DNA from: Candidatus Limnocylindria bacterium
Lineage (GTDB): Bacteria; Chloroflexota; Limnocylindria; QHBO01
Assembly (NCBI GenBank): GCA_035708065.1
Contig: DASSTC010000043.1
Coordinates: 2,076-66,075 of the forward strand
Reading direction: 5' to 3'
Length of the DNA: 64,000 nt
Positions 46,522-55,267 of the stretch are shown here, piece by piece. Both the position numbers and the translations under genes were made by a program. Position 1 is the stretch's first letter, and each line of letters starts with the position of its first letter. The notes beneath the pieces were generated by a model. It did not search any database and was not told the origin of the DNA. It saw only the letters and a list, made by a program, of their open reading frames with translations.

Positions 46522-46541
46522 GGGATCGCTGTCGTCGGCCC

Positions 46542-46665
46542 GCGTATGCGCCCGGTGTATGCAATCCCGCGCGAGGGGCGTCTTACGCGGCGGCCGATGC
46601 ACTGGGCGTCATCAAACCCGATGCCACGCGGCGCTTATGCGGCCTTGTATGCCGCTCATGCATGC
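46542..46665 (+). repeat. cluster of eight ATGC-core motifs, mostly (T/G)ATGC, in the efp-xseA intergenic region
   Basis: ATGC occurs at 46546, 46559, 46597, 46621, 46637, 46649, 46658 and 46662. Confidence 0.4.
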
Positions 46666-46712
46666 CGAGTGCGAGTCTGCCGCGGCCGGGCTCGAACCAA
46701 ACCTTCCAGCGC

Positions 46713-46718
46713 TAAGGT
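46713..46718 (+). promoter_or_regulatory. -10-like hexamer TAAGGT, 6 nt before xseA ATG 46725
   Basis: The hexamer was read directly. Confidence 0.35.
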
Positions 46719-46724
46719 AGGCCG

Positions 46725-47987
46725 ATGCAGCCTTCGCCCGAACAGCCGACGCTGTGGTCGACCGCACCCGCGGCACCGCGCATCCTGCGTGTCAGTGACC
46801 TCAACCGGCGCGTTCGCGCACTGCTCGACGGCGATCGCGCCCTGGCCGACGTGTGGGTCGAGGGCGAGATCAGCCAGCCGACGTTCCCGCCGTCGGGTCA
46901 TTGCTTCTTCACGCTCAAGGATGGCGCGTCGCAGGTGCGCGCCGTGATGTTCCGCGAGGAGCTCGGCCGCGCGGTGGTGCGGCCGCAGCACGGCATGCAG
47001 GTCGTCATCCACGGCCGGGTGCGTGCCTACGAGCCGCAGGGCATCTACCAGCTGTACGCCTACGAGATCACCCCCGCAGGGGCGGGAGACCTCCATGCGC
47101 AGTACGAGGCGCTGCGCGTCAAGCTCGCCGCCGAAGGGCTGTTCGACGCCGGGAGGAAGCGGCAGCTGCCGCGCTGGCCGCGGCGCATCGGTGTCGTCAC
47201 CTCGCCGGTCGGTGCGGTGTGGCGCGACATCGGCAACGTCATGCGCCGCCGCTACCCAATGGTCGAGCTCGTCCTGTCCCCGACGTCCGTGCAGGGAGCG
47301 AATGCCGCGCCGGGCATCGTCCGCGCGCTGCGCCGCGTCTACGCGCAGCCTGGCCTCGACCTCGTGATCCTTGCTCGCGGCGGTGGCTCGCTCGAGGACC
47401 TGTGGCCCTTCAACGACGAACGGGTCGTGCGCTGCGTGGTCGAGGCGCCACTCCCCGTGGTCGTCGGCGTGGGGCACGAGAGCGACGTGACGCTGGCCGA
47501 CTTCGCCGCTGACGTGCGCGCTCCGACCCCGAGCGCGGCCGCCGAGCTGGCTGTCCCCGATGTCTCGCAGCTCGTCACCGTCCTCGGCCGCCTCCGCGAG
47601 CGCGCCGGCTCCGCGCTCACCACACGCGTCGGCGAGCGGCGGCGATTGCTGAGCGCCGAGGAGCGGGCGCTGGCCGCCCACGCGCCGAACCTCGAGGCGG
47701 CGCGCCAGCAGGCGGCCGAGCTCGTCGACCGCGGGCATCGGGCGCTGCAGGGGCGTGTTGAGCGCGAAGGGACGCGCCTGGCGGGCATGCGCGACGCGCT
47801 GCGGGCGCTCGGCCCGGTGGCGACGCTCGAGCGCGGCTACGCGGTGGCGCGAACGGCAGAGGGCGAGATCATTCGCTCGCCCGACCAGGCGACGGTCGGC
47901 GCCGAGGTCGAGATCGTCGTCGCGCACGGCAGCCTGGGCACGCGCGTCGAGCGACTTTCGACCGACGGAGGAGGTGATCTGCTGTGA
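46725..47987 (+). CDS. xseA: exodeoxyribonuclease VII large subunit
   Basis: RVSDLNRRVRALLD...VWVEGEIS marks the OB fold, and IGVVTSPVGAVWRD and ARGGGSLEDLWPFN are present. Confidence 0.9.
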   Translation: MQPSPEQPTLWSTAPAAPRILRVSDLNRRVRALLDGDRALADVWVEGEISQPTFPPSGHCFFTLKDGASQVRAVMFREELGRAVVRPQHGMQVVIHGRVRAYEPQGIYQLYAYEITPAGAGDLHAQYEALRVKLAAEGLFDAGRKRQLPRWPRRIGVVTSPVGAVWRDIGNVMRRRYPMVELVLSPTSVQGANAAPGIVRALRRVYAQPGLDLVILARGGGSLEDLWPFNDERVVRCVVEAPLPVVVGVGHESDVTLADFAADVRAPTPSAAAELAVPDVSQLVTVLGRLRERAGSALTTRVGERRRLLSAEERALAAHAPNLEAARQQAAELVDRGHRALQGRVEREGTRLAGMRDALRALGPVATLERGYAVARTAEGEIIRSPDQATVGAEVEIVVAHGSLGTRVERLSTDGGGDLL

Positions 47988-48229
47988 CCGATGCGACGAC
48001 ATTGAGCGACGAGGACCTCGCCAAGCGGCCGTTCGACGAGCTGGTGGTCGAGCTGCAGCGCATCGTGCAGCAGCTGGAGGCGGGGAGCGTCGGGCTCGAG
48101 GAGAGCATCGTGCTGTACCGCGAAGGGCTGCGGCTCCACGCCGCATGCGAGGCGCGCCTGCGCGATGCCGAGCTGAAGATCACCGAGCTCGGGCGCGGCG
48201 TGCGCTCGATCGAGGACGCCCAGACCTGA
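47984..48229 (+). CDS. xseB: exodeoxyribonuclease VII small subunit
   Basis: The protein is 81 aa. FDELVVELQRIVQQLEAGSVGLEESIVLYREG is typical of XseB. The start overlaps the xseA stop (GTGA). Confidence 0.85.
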   Translation: MTDATTLSDEDLAKRPFDELVVELQRIVQQLEAGSVGLEESIVLYREGLRLHAACEARLRDAELKITELGRGVRSIEDAQT

Positions 48230-48903
48230 TGCGACCTCCTCGGTTGGCCGTCGTCCTGATGCTCACCGCCGTGCTGGGCGCGGGTTGTGCCGAGCCTCGC
48301 CAACCGGCCGTCGCGGTCCCGACGACGCACATCGTCGTCACGCTGCAGACCCGCGACAAGACGCAGATCGACGCCGCGATGGAGGTCCTCGGCGCGCGGC
48401 TCAAGGCGCTGGGCATCGGAACCTTCAGCGCCGGCGCCGGCGACTGGATCACGTACGACCTGCCAACGGCCGATCTGCCGGAGCGGGAGGTCCTCGACGA
48501 CGTCCTGCATCGGCGCGGTGTCCTGTCACTGCTCGCCTGGCCGGCGGCGGGCCAGCCCGCGCCGGTCGAGGGAGACGCCGTTCCCGCCGGCATGCAGTCA
48601 CTCGTCGACCCGGCGACGGCCATCACCTCCGCCGAGGTCGTCGATCAAAATGGGGCACGCGGAGTGAATGTCGTGCTGTCGCCTGCCGCCTCCGCCGCGG
48701 TGAGCGAATTCACCGCGCGTCACGTCAACGGCTACATGCCGCTGGCGATGGACGGCCGGATCCTGGTCTCGCCGATCATCCAGTCGCCGATCGACGGCGG
48801 CGAGCTGCTGATCCAGCTGACCGACGATGCGCCGATCGATCCCGCCGCGCTGGCGGCGATTCTTTCTTCCGGCCCGCTGCCCGAGGGCGTCATCGGTCGC
48901 TGA
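48229..48903 (+). CDS. lipoprotein with a SecD-P1-head-like C-terminal segment
   Basis: The lipobox is LTAVLGAGC. The C-terminus PLAMDGRILVSPIIQSPIDGGELLIQL...AAILSSGPLPEGV resembles the SecD periplasmic head. The ATG shares one base with the xseB stop. Confidence 0.55.
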   Translation: MRPPRLAVVLMLTAVLGAGCAEPRQPAVAVPTTHIVVTLQTRDKTQIDAAMEVLGARLKALGIGTFSAGAGDWITYDLPTADLPEREVLDDVLHRRGVLSLLAWPAAGQPAPVEGDAVPAGMQSLVDPATAITSAEVVDQNGARGVNVVLSPAASAAVSEFTARHVNGYMPLAMDGRILVSPIIQSPIDGGELLIQLTDDAPIDPAALAAILSSGPLPEGVIGR

Positions 48904-49005
48904 CACGTTCCGGGGTGGCACGGCGTATGCGCCAAGCTCCTCGGTGCCCCCACGCGGAAGAGATCCGCGGTCGGCGGTGCCCGAAAACCGGAAGGAGCTG
49001 CGCCG

Positions 49006-49392
49006 ATGACACAGCCGATCGGCCGGCGTCGCTGGGCCATCGCGGAAGGCTGGATCCCCGATTACAGCAACGGACCCGAGCCGCAGATGACCAGCCACGA
49101 GACGGCCTGCCTGCTCAATGCATCCGACACCGATGCCAACGTCACGATCACCGTCTTCTTCGCCGATCGGGAGCCGGTCGGCCCGTACCGCGTCGAGGTC
49201 CCGGCGCGCCGCACCCGCCACGTCCGCTTCAACGACCTGACCGACCCGCAGCCGGTGCCGCGCGCCACCGACTACTCGAGCATCATCGAGTCGGACGTGC
49301 CGATCGTCGTGCAGCACACACGCCTCGACTCGCGGCAGTCCGAGAACGCGCTGCTGACCACGCTCGCCTATGCGGCCGAGGCGGCGTCATGA
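49006..49392 (+). CDS. sensory-rhodopsin-transducer (ASRT)-family protein
   Basis: The protein is 128 aa. WAIAEGWIPDYSNGPEPQMTSHET...RHVRFNDL...PIVVQHTRLDSRQSENALLTT matches my recollection of the ASRT family. GGAAGGAG lies before the ATG. Confidence 0.65.
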   Translation: MTQPIGRRRWAIAEGWIPDYSNGPEPQMTSHETACLLNASDTDANVTITVFFADREPVGPYRVEVPARRTRHVRFNDLTDPQPVPRATDYSSIIESDVPIVVQHTRLDSRQSENALLTTLAYAAEAAS

Positions 49393-51170
49393 CCACCGTC
49401 AGCGACTACCTGCTCGAGCGGCTGGCGGGGTGGGGTGTGCGGCGCATCTACGGCTACCCGGGCGACGGGATCAACGGGATCATGGGCGCGCTCAACCGGG
49501 CCGACGGCAAGATCGACTTCATCCAGGCGCGCCACGAGGAGATGGCCGCGTTCATGGCCTGCGGCCACGCGAAGTTCACCGGTGAGGTGGGCGTCTGCCT
49601 GGCGACCTCGGGCCCGGGCGCGATCCATCTGCTCAACGGCCTGTACGACGCGAAGATGGACCACCAGCCGGTGGTCGCGATCGTCGGTCAGCAGGCGCGC
49701 TTCTCGCTCGGCGGCCAGTTCCAGCAGGAGGTCGACCTGACGACGCTCTACAAGGACGTCGCCGGCGAGTACGTCGAGCTCGTCACTGTGCCCGGCCAGC
49801 TGCGCCACGTGATCGACCGTGCGATTCGGATCGCGCTCAGCGAGCGCACGGTGACGGCCATGATCATCCCCAACGACCTGCAGGTCGAGGACGCGGTCGA
49901 GGAGCCGCCGCGGATTCACGGCGCCGTGCCGTCGGGCATCGGCTTCGTCCGACCGCGGACCGTCCCGGAAGCGCGGGACCTCGAGCGCGCCGCGCGTGCG
50001 CTCAACGAGGGCAGGAAGGTCGCCATGCTCATCGGCCAGGGAGCCATTGGTGCCGCTGACGAGGTGATCGCCGCCGCCGACCTGCTCGGTGCGGGCGTGG
50101 CCAAGGCGCTCCTCGGAAAGGCGGCGATCCCTGACGACCTGCCGTTCGTGACGGGCAGCATCGGTCTGCTGGGAACCCGGCCCTCCTGGGACATGATGAA
50201 CGACTGCGACACGCTGCTGATGGTCGGCTCGAGCTTCCCGTACTCGGAATTCCTGCCGCGCGAGGGGCAGGCCAGGGGCGTCCAGATCGACATCGACGGC
50301 CGGATGCTCGGCCTGCGCTACCCGATGGAGGTCAACCTCGTCGGCGACAGCCAGGCGACGCTCCAGGCGCTGCTGCCGATGCTCGAGCGCAAGTCCGACC
50401 GCTCGTGGCGCGACGAGCTCGAGGGCAAGGTCCGCGACTGGTGGACGTTGATCGGCGAGCGGGCGATGGACTCGGCCGATCCGATCAACCCCGAGCGCGT
50501 GTTCCACGAGCTCTCGCCGCGGCTGCCGAACGGCGCGATCATCAGCTCGGACTCGGGATCGAGCGCCGACTGGTACGCGCGCCACGTTCGGATCCGAAAG
50601 GGGATGCTGGCGAGCCTGTCGGGCAATTTGGCGACGATGGGACCCGGCGTGCCATACGCCATCGCCGCGAAGTTCGCGCATCCCGACCGGGTGGCGGTGG
50701 CGCTCGTCGGCGACGGTGCGATGCAGATGAACGGCGACGGCGAGCTGCTGACCATCGCCAAGTACTGGCAGCGCTGGTCAGACCCGCGTCTGGTGATCTG
50801 CGTCCTGCACAACAACGACCTGAACCAGGTGACCTGGGAGCAGCGCGTGTTCGAGGGCGATCCGAAGTACGAGGCCTCCCAGCAGCTGCCCGACTTCCCG
50901 TATGCGCGCTACGCCGAGCTGTGCGGCCTGCGCGGCATCCGGGTCGACGACCCGCAGCGCCTGGGCGCGGCGTGGGACGAGGCGTTCGCCTCGGACCGAC
51001 CGGTCGTCCTCGAGGCGATCACCGATCCGAACGTGCCGCCGCTGCCGCCGCACATCAGCTTCAAGCAGGCGCGGCAGTTCGCATCGAGCATGGTCAAGGG
51101 GGACCCCGATCTGATCGGCGTGGTCACCCAATCGGTGAAGCAGGCGGCGGAAGGGGTGCTTCCGCGATGA
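49389..51170 (+). CDS. thiamine-diphosphate-dependent enzyme, pyruvate-oxidase/acetolactate-synthase-like
   Basis: YLLERLAGWGVRRIYGYPGDGINGIMGAL is present. The ThDP motif is GDGAMQMNG...LHNNDLNQV. The start overlaps the ASRT-like gene's stop (ATGA). The tracked 961-aa ORF has 368 spurious upstream codons. Confidence 0.85.
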   Translation: MTTVSDYLLERLAGWGVRRIYGYPGDGINGIMGALNRADGKIDFIQARHEEMAAFMACGHAKFTGEVGVCLATSGPGAIHLLNGLYDAKMDHQPVVAIVGQQARFSLGGQFQQEVDLTTLYKDVAGEYVELVTVPGQLRHVIDRAIRIALSERTVTAMIIPNDLQVEDAVEEPPRIHGAVPSGIGFVRPRTVPEARDLERAARALNEGRKVAMLIGQGAIGAADEVIAAADLLGAGVAKALLGKAAIPDDLPFVTGSIGLLGTRPSWDMMNDCDTLLMVGSSFPYSEFLPREGQARGVQIDIDGRMLGLRYPMEVNLVGDSQATLQALLPMLERKSDRSWRDELEGKVRDWWTLIGERAMDSADPINPERVFHELSPRLPNGAIISSDSGSSADWYARHVRIRKGMLASLSGNLATMGPGVPYAIAAKFAHPDRVAVALVGDGAMQMNGDGELLTIAKYWQRWSDPRLVICVLHNNDLNQVTWEQRVFEGDPKYEASQQLPDFPYARYAELCGLRGIRVDDPQRLGAAWDEAFASDRPVVLEAITDPNVPPLPPHISFKQARQFASSMVKGDPDLIGVVTQSVKQAAEGVLPR

Positions 51171-52306
51171 CGCTGTCTGCCCTGACCGATGCGCCGGCCG
51201 CCGGGCGGCCGGCGGAGACTCCGATCGACCGCCTGGACGTGTCCGTCTTCCGCATCCCGACCGACGTGCCCGAGGCCGATGGCACCCTGTCCTGGAGCTC
51301 GACGACGATGGTCCTCGTCGAGGCGACGGCCGGCGGCCGGACCGGCCTGGGCTGGTCGTACACCGCCGCCGCCGCCGCGTCCCTGATCCGCGGCCTGCTG
51401 GCCGACGTCGTCCGCGGCCGCGACGCGATGGACGTGCCCGCCACCTGGCAGGCCATGACCGTCGCCACGCGCAACCTCGGCCGGCCGGGGATCGTCGCCT
51501 CGTCGATCGCCGCGGTCGACACGGCGCTGTGGGATCTCAAGGCGCGGTTGCTCGATCTGCCATTGGTCTCGCTGTTCGGCGCGGTGCGCGACGCCGTATC
51601 CCTGTACGGCAGTGGCGGATTCACCTCCTACTCGGATGCCGAACTGCGCGACCAGCTCGGCGGCTGGGCCGCTGCCGGGTTCCGGCGGGTGAAGATGAAG
51701 GTCGGCGCCGACCCGGCCGACGATCCCCGGCGGGCAGCCGTGGCACGTGACGCCATCGGCCCGGACGTCGAGCTGATGGTCGACGCCAACGGCGCCTACC
51801 GCCGCAAGCAGGCGCTGCTGCTGGCGGATGCCTTCGTCGAGCAGGGCGTGAGATGGTTCGAGGAGCCGGTCAGCTCCGACGACCTCGACGGGTTGCGCAT
51901 GCTGCGCGACCGTGCGCCGGCCGGCATGGCCATCGCCGCCGGCGAGTATGGCTACGACCTGCCCTACTTCGGCAGGATGCTCGAGGCGGGCGCGGTCGAC
52001 GTCCTGCAGGCCGACGCGACCCGCTGTGCCGGCTTCACCGGCTTCCTGCGCGTGGCCGCCCTGTGCGCCGCGCGCTCGCTGCCGCTCTCCTCGCACTGCG
52101 CGCCGGCGCTGCACCTGCACGTCGACTGCGCGGCGCCGAACCTGGTCCACGCCGAGTACTTTCACGACCACGCGCGCATCGAGCGGCTGCTGTTCGACGG
52201 GCTGATCGAGCCGGCCGACGGCATGTTGCGTCCGGATCGATCCCGGCGGGGCAACGGGCTTGAGCTGCGGCGCGCCGACGCGAGCCGCTTCGAGGTGGCG
52301 GCATGA
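51167..52306 (+). CDS. enolase-superfamily enzyme, mandelate-racemase/muconate-lactonizing type
   Basis: FRRVKMKVG is the KxK motif. Metal-ligand contexts are MVDANGAY, WFEEP and LQADATRCAG. The start overlaps the upstream stop (ATGA). Confidence 0.8.
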   Translation: MTLSALTDAPAAGRPAETPIDRLDVSVFRIPTDVPEADGTLSWSSTTMVLVEATAGGRTGLGWSYTAAAAASLIRGLLADVVRGRDAMDVPATWQAMTVATRNLGRPGIVASSIAAVDTALWDLKARLLDLPLVSLFGAVRDAVSLYGSGGFTSYSDAELRDQLGGWAAAGFRRVKMKVGADPADDPRRAAVARDAIGPDVELMVDANGAYRRKQALLLADAFVEQGVRWFEEPVSSDDLDGLRMLRDRAPAGMAIAAGEYGYDLPYFGRMLEAGAVDVLQADATRCAGFTGFLRVAALCAARSLPLSSHCAPALHLHVDCAAPNLVHAEYFHDHARIERLLFDGLIEPADGMLRPDRSRRGNGLELRRADASRFEVAA

Positions 52307-55248
52307 CCGCCGTGCTCGAGATGCCGTCGACGCTGCCGGCGGTAGGAACGCGCGTGGCTGACGTCGACGCCCGAGCGCTGGCGATCGACCTGCTCAACGA
52401 GGTCGACGGGGAGGTGCGCTTCGACGCCGGGTCACGGGCGCTGTACGCCACCGACGCATCGAACTACCGCCAGGTGCCGATCGGCGTCGTCGTGCCGCAC
52501 AGCGTCGAAGCGGCGATCGCGGCGGTGAACGTCGCCCGGCGCCACGGCGCGCCGATCGTCAACCGTGGCGGCGGTACGGCGCTCGCCGGGCAGACCTGCA
52601 ACGCCGCCGTCGTGCTTGACTTCAGCAAGTACGTGAACCGCATCATCGAGCTCGACGCCGCGGGGAAGCGGGCGCACGTCCAGTCGGGCATCGTGTTGGA
52701 CGAGCTGCGCAACGCCGCAGAGCAGCACAACCTGACGTTCGGGCCCGATCCGGCGACCCACGACCACTGCACGCTCGGCGGGATGATCGGCAACAACAGC
52801 TGCGGCGTGCACTCGGTGATGGCCGGCAAGACCGACGACAACGTCCTGTCGCTCGACGTGCTCACCTATGACGGCGAGCGCCTGCGCGTCGGTCCGACGC
52901 CCGAGGAGGAGCTCGCACGGATCGTCGACGCCGGCGGCCGGCGCGGCGAGATCTACCGTCGGTTGCGGGAGCTGCGCGACAGGTACGCCGACGATATTCG
53001 TGCCCGCTTCCCGAACATCCCGCGACGGGTGAGCGGCTACAACCTGCCGTACCTGCTTCCGGAGCACGGTTTCGACGTTGCCAAGGCGCTCGTCGGCAGC
53101 GAGTCGACCTGCGTGACGGTGCTCGAGGCCGAGCTGCAGCTGGTCGACAGTCCGCCGGGCCGCTCGCTGCTGGTGCTCGGCTACCCAACGGTGTTCGACG
53201 CGGCCGACGACGTGCCGAGTGTCATGGCGTCGGGCTGCATCGCCTGCGAAGGGCTCGACCAGGGACTGGTCGACGACATGCTGGCGAAGGGACTGCACCC
53301 CGATCACGTCGCGCTGCTGCCCGACGGCCACGGCTGGCTGCTGGTCGAGTTCGGCGGCAAGGATCGCGACGAATCGGACGCGAAGGCAAAGGACTTCATC
53401 GCGCAGCTGCAGAAGCGCGTTCACCCGCCCAGCACGCACCTCTACGACCGGCCGAGCCAGGAGGCCGCGATCTGGGAGGTCCGGGAGTCAGGCCTCGGCG
53501 CGACGGCGATGGTGCCCGGCAAGGCGACGAGTGGACCGGGCTGGGAGGACTCGGCGGTGCCACCCGACAAGCTGGGCGATTACCTGCGTGACATGGCGAA
53601 GCTGTTCGCGGAGCATCGGTACAAGGTCGACATGTACGGCCACTTCGGGCAGGGCGTGCTGCACTGCCGCATCCCGTTCGACCTGGTCAGCGCCGCCGGC
53701 CTGGCCGACATGCGTCGCTTCATGGACGAGGCGGCCGATCTGTGCCTGGGGTACGGCGGCAGCCTCTCCGGAGAGCACGGCGACGGGCAGGCGCGCGCCG
53801 AGCTGCTGCCAAAGATGTTCGGCGACCGGCTGATCCACGCATTCGAGGAGTTCAAGGAGATCTGGGACCCCGAAGGTGGGATGAACCCCGGAAAGGTCGT
53901 GCGGCCGTATCGCATCCTGGACAACCTGCGGCTGGGGACCGGCTACAACCCGCCGAATCCGAAGACGCACTTCGCCTTTCAGACCGATCACGACTCGTTC
54001 GCGCATGCCGCGTTCCGATGCGTCGGCGTCGGCGAGTGCCGGCGCCACGACGGCGGGGTGATGTGCCCGAGCTACATGGTCACCCGCGAGGAGAAGCACT
54101 CCACCCGCGGCCGGGCCCACCTGCTGTTCGAGATGATGAACGGCGCCGAGATGGAGCGCGGCTGGCGCAACGAGGAGGTTCGCGAGGCGCTTGACCTGTG
54201 CCTGGCGTGCAAGGGCTGCAAGGGCGACTGCCCGGTCAACGTCGACATGGCCACGTACAAGGCCGAGTTCTACTCGCACTACTATGCCGGACGGCTGCGT
54301 CCGCGCGCCGCCTACTCGATGGGCCTGATCTACTGGTGGGCCGGGCTCGCCGCGAAGGCACCGCGCCTGGTCAACGCGGCCGCACGCGCGCCGCTGCTGG
54401 GCGGGCTGGCGAAGCGCCTGGCGGGTGTCGCATCCGAGCGCCAGCTGCCGCGCTTCGCGAACCGCACCTTCCGGCAGCGCTTCGCCGACCACCCGCAGAC
54501 CGATGCCTCACGTCCGGAGGTCATCCTCTGGCCCGACACGTTCAACAATCACTTCCACCCCGAGACCGCCGAGGCGGCCGTCTCGGTCCTCGAAGCAGCC
54601 GGGTACCAGGTCACGATCCCGCGGGCCACGCTGTGCTGCGGCCGGCCACTCTACGACTGGGGCATGCTCGACCTCGCCGAGCGGCTGCTGCGCCAGGTGC
54701 TTCGTGAGCTGCGGCCGAAGATCCGGGCCGGCGTGCCGGTCGTCGGGCTCGAGCCGTCGTGCGTGGCGGTGTTCCGCGACGAGCTGGTCAGCCTCTTCCC
54801 GAATCGCCAGGACGCACGCCGCCTGTCGGAGCAGACGTTCGTCCTGTCCGAGTTCCTGGAGCGTGTCGAGGGCTGGTCGCCGCCGCACGTCGACGGCCAG
54901 GCGGTGGTCCACGGCCACTGCCACCACCGCTCGGTGATCGGGATCCGTCCCGAGGAACACGTGCTCGACGGCACCGGCCTTGACTGGCGGTTCGTCGACA
55001 CGGGCTGCTGCGGGATGGCCGGCGCGTTCGGCTTCGAGGCGGGGGAGCACTACCGGGTGGCCATGGCCGCCGGCGAGCGCGCGCTGCTGCCCGCCGTCCG
55101 CGAATCGGACGACGACACGCTGCTCATCGCCGATGGGTTCAGCTGTCGCGAGCAGATCGAGCAGTCGACCGGCCGGCATGCCGTTCATCTCGCCGAGGTG
55201 CTCGCGGCGGGGCTGGATGATCGCACGTCGTCGCCCGCTGACCGGTAG
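52303..55248 (+). CDS. FAD-linked oxidase fused to an Fe-S/CCG-domain module (YdiJ / GlcD-GlcF-fusion-like 2-hydroxyacid dehydrogenase)
   Basis: RGGGTALAGQ marks the FAD PCMH domain. CVGVGECRR...MCPS and CLACKGCKGDCP are 4Fe-4S motifs. LCCGRP and GCCGMAG are CCG motifs. The start overlaps the upstream stop (ATGA). Confidence 0.85.
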   Translation: MTAVLEMPSTLPAVGTRVADVDARALAIDLLNEVDGEVRFDAGSRALYATDASNYRQVPIGVVVPHSVEAAIAAVNVARRHGAPIVNRGGGTALAGQTCNAAVVLDFSKYVNRIIELDAAGKRAHVQSGIVLDELRNAAEQHNLTFGPDPATHDHCTLGGMIGNNSCGVHSVMAGKTDDNVLSLDVLTYDGERLRVGPTPEEELARIVDAGGRRGEIYRRLRELRDRYADDIRARFPNIPRRVSGYNLPYLLPEHGFDVAKALVGSESTCVTVLEAELQLVDSPPGRSLLVLGYPTVFDAADDVPSVMASGCIACEGLDQGLVDDMLAKGLHPDHVALLPDGHGWLLVEFGGKDRDESDAKAKDFIAQLQKRVHPPSTHLYDRPSQEAAIWEVRESGLGATAMVPGKATSGPGWEDSAVPPDKLGDYLRDMAKLFAEHRYKVDMYGHFGQGVLHCRIPFDLVSAAGLADMRRFMDEAADLCLGYGGSLSGEHGDGQARAELLPKMFGDRLIHAFEEFKEIWDPEGGMNPGKVVRPYRILDNLRLGTGYNPPNPKTHFAFQTDHDSFAHAAFRCVGVGECRRHDGGVMCPSYMVTREEKHSTRGRAHLLFEMMNGAEMERGWRNEEVREALDLCLACKGCKGDCPVNVDMATYKAEFYSHYYAGRLRPRAAYSMGLIYWWAGLAAKAPRLVNAAARAPLLGGLAKRLAGVASERQLPRFANRTFRQRFADHPQTDASRPEVILWPDTFNNHFHPETAEAAVSVLEAAGYQVTIPRATLCCGRPLYDWGMLDLAERLLRQVLRELRPKIRAGVPVVGLEPSCVAVFRDELVSLFPNRQDARRLSEQTFVLSEFLERVEGWSPPHVDGQAVVHGHCHHRSVIGIRPEEHVLDGTGLDWRFVDTGCCGMAGAFGFEAGEHYRVAMAAGERALLPAVRESDDDTLLIADGFSCREQIEQSTGRHAVHLAEVLAAGLDDRTSSPADR

Positions 55249-55267
55249 CTCGGCGATACTCGCTCGC

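Noticed and set aside
46688-46698. A tRNA-like T-arm on the minus strand (GGTTCGAGCCC), and a half Cheo/LexA-box (CGAAC) in the same spot.
   Set aside because: The flanks cannot form T-stem, acceptor or anticodon arms. The second LexA half-site reads CCTTC rather than GTTC.
46546-46947. A 133-aa ORF beginning in the efp-xseA spacer.
   Set aside because: It overlaps xseA out of frame and has an Arg/Cys/Ala-rich translation. Its ATG is one of the repeated ATGC motifs rather than a credible start.
48285-49388. The N-terminal 368 codons of the tracked 961-aa ORF (48285-51170). Analogous long 5' extensions occur on 5001, 10896, 18925, 20231, 21819, 22637, 25896, 41197, 44508, 47755, 50405, 54980, 55570, 58562 and 61243.
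   Set aside because: The extensions run through upstream genes in another frame and are Arg/Pro/Ala-rich. Homology-like sequence begins only at an internal start that sits at or next to the upstream gene's stop, often as an ATGA or GTGA overlap.
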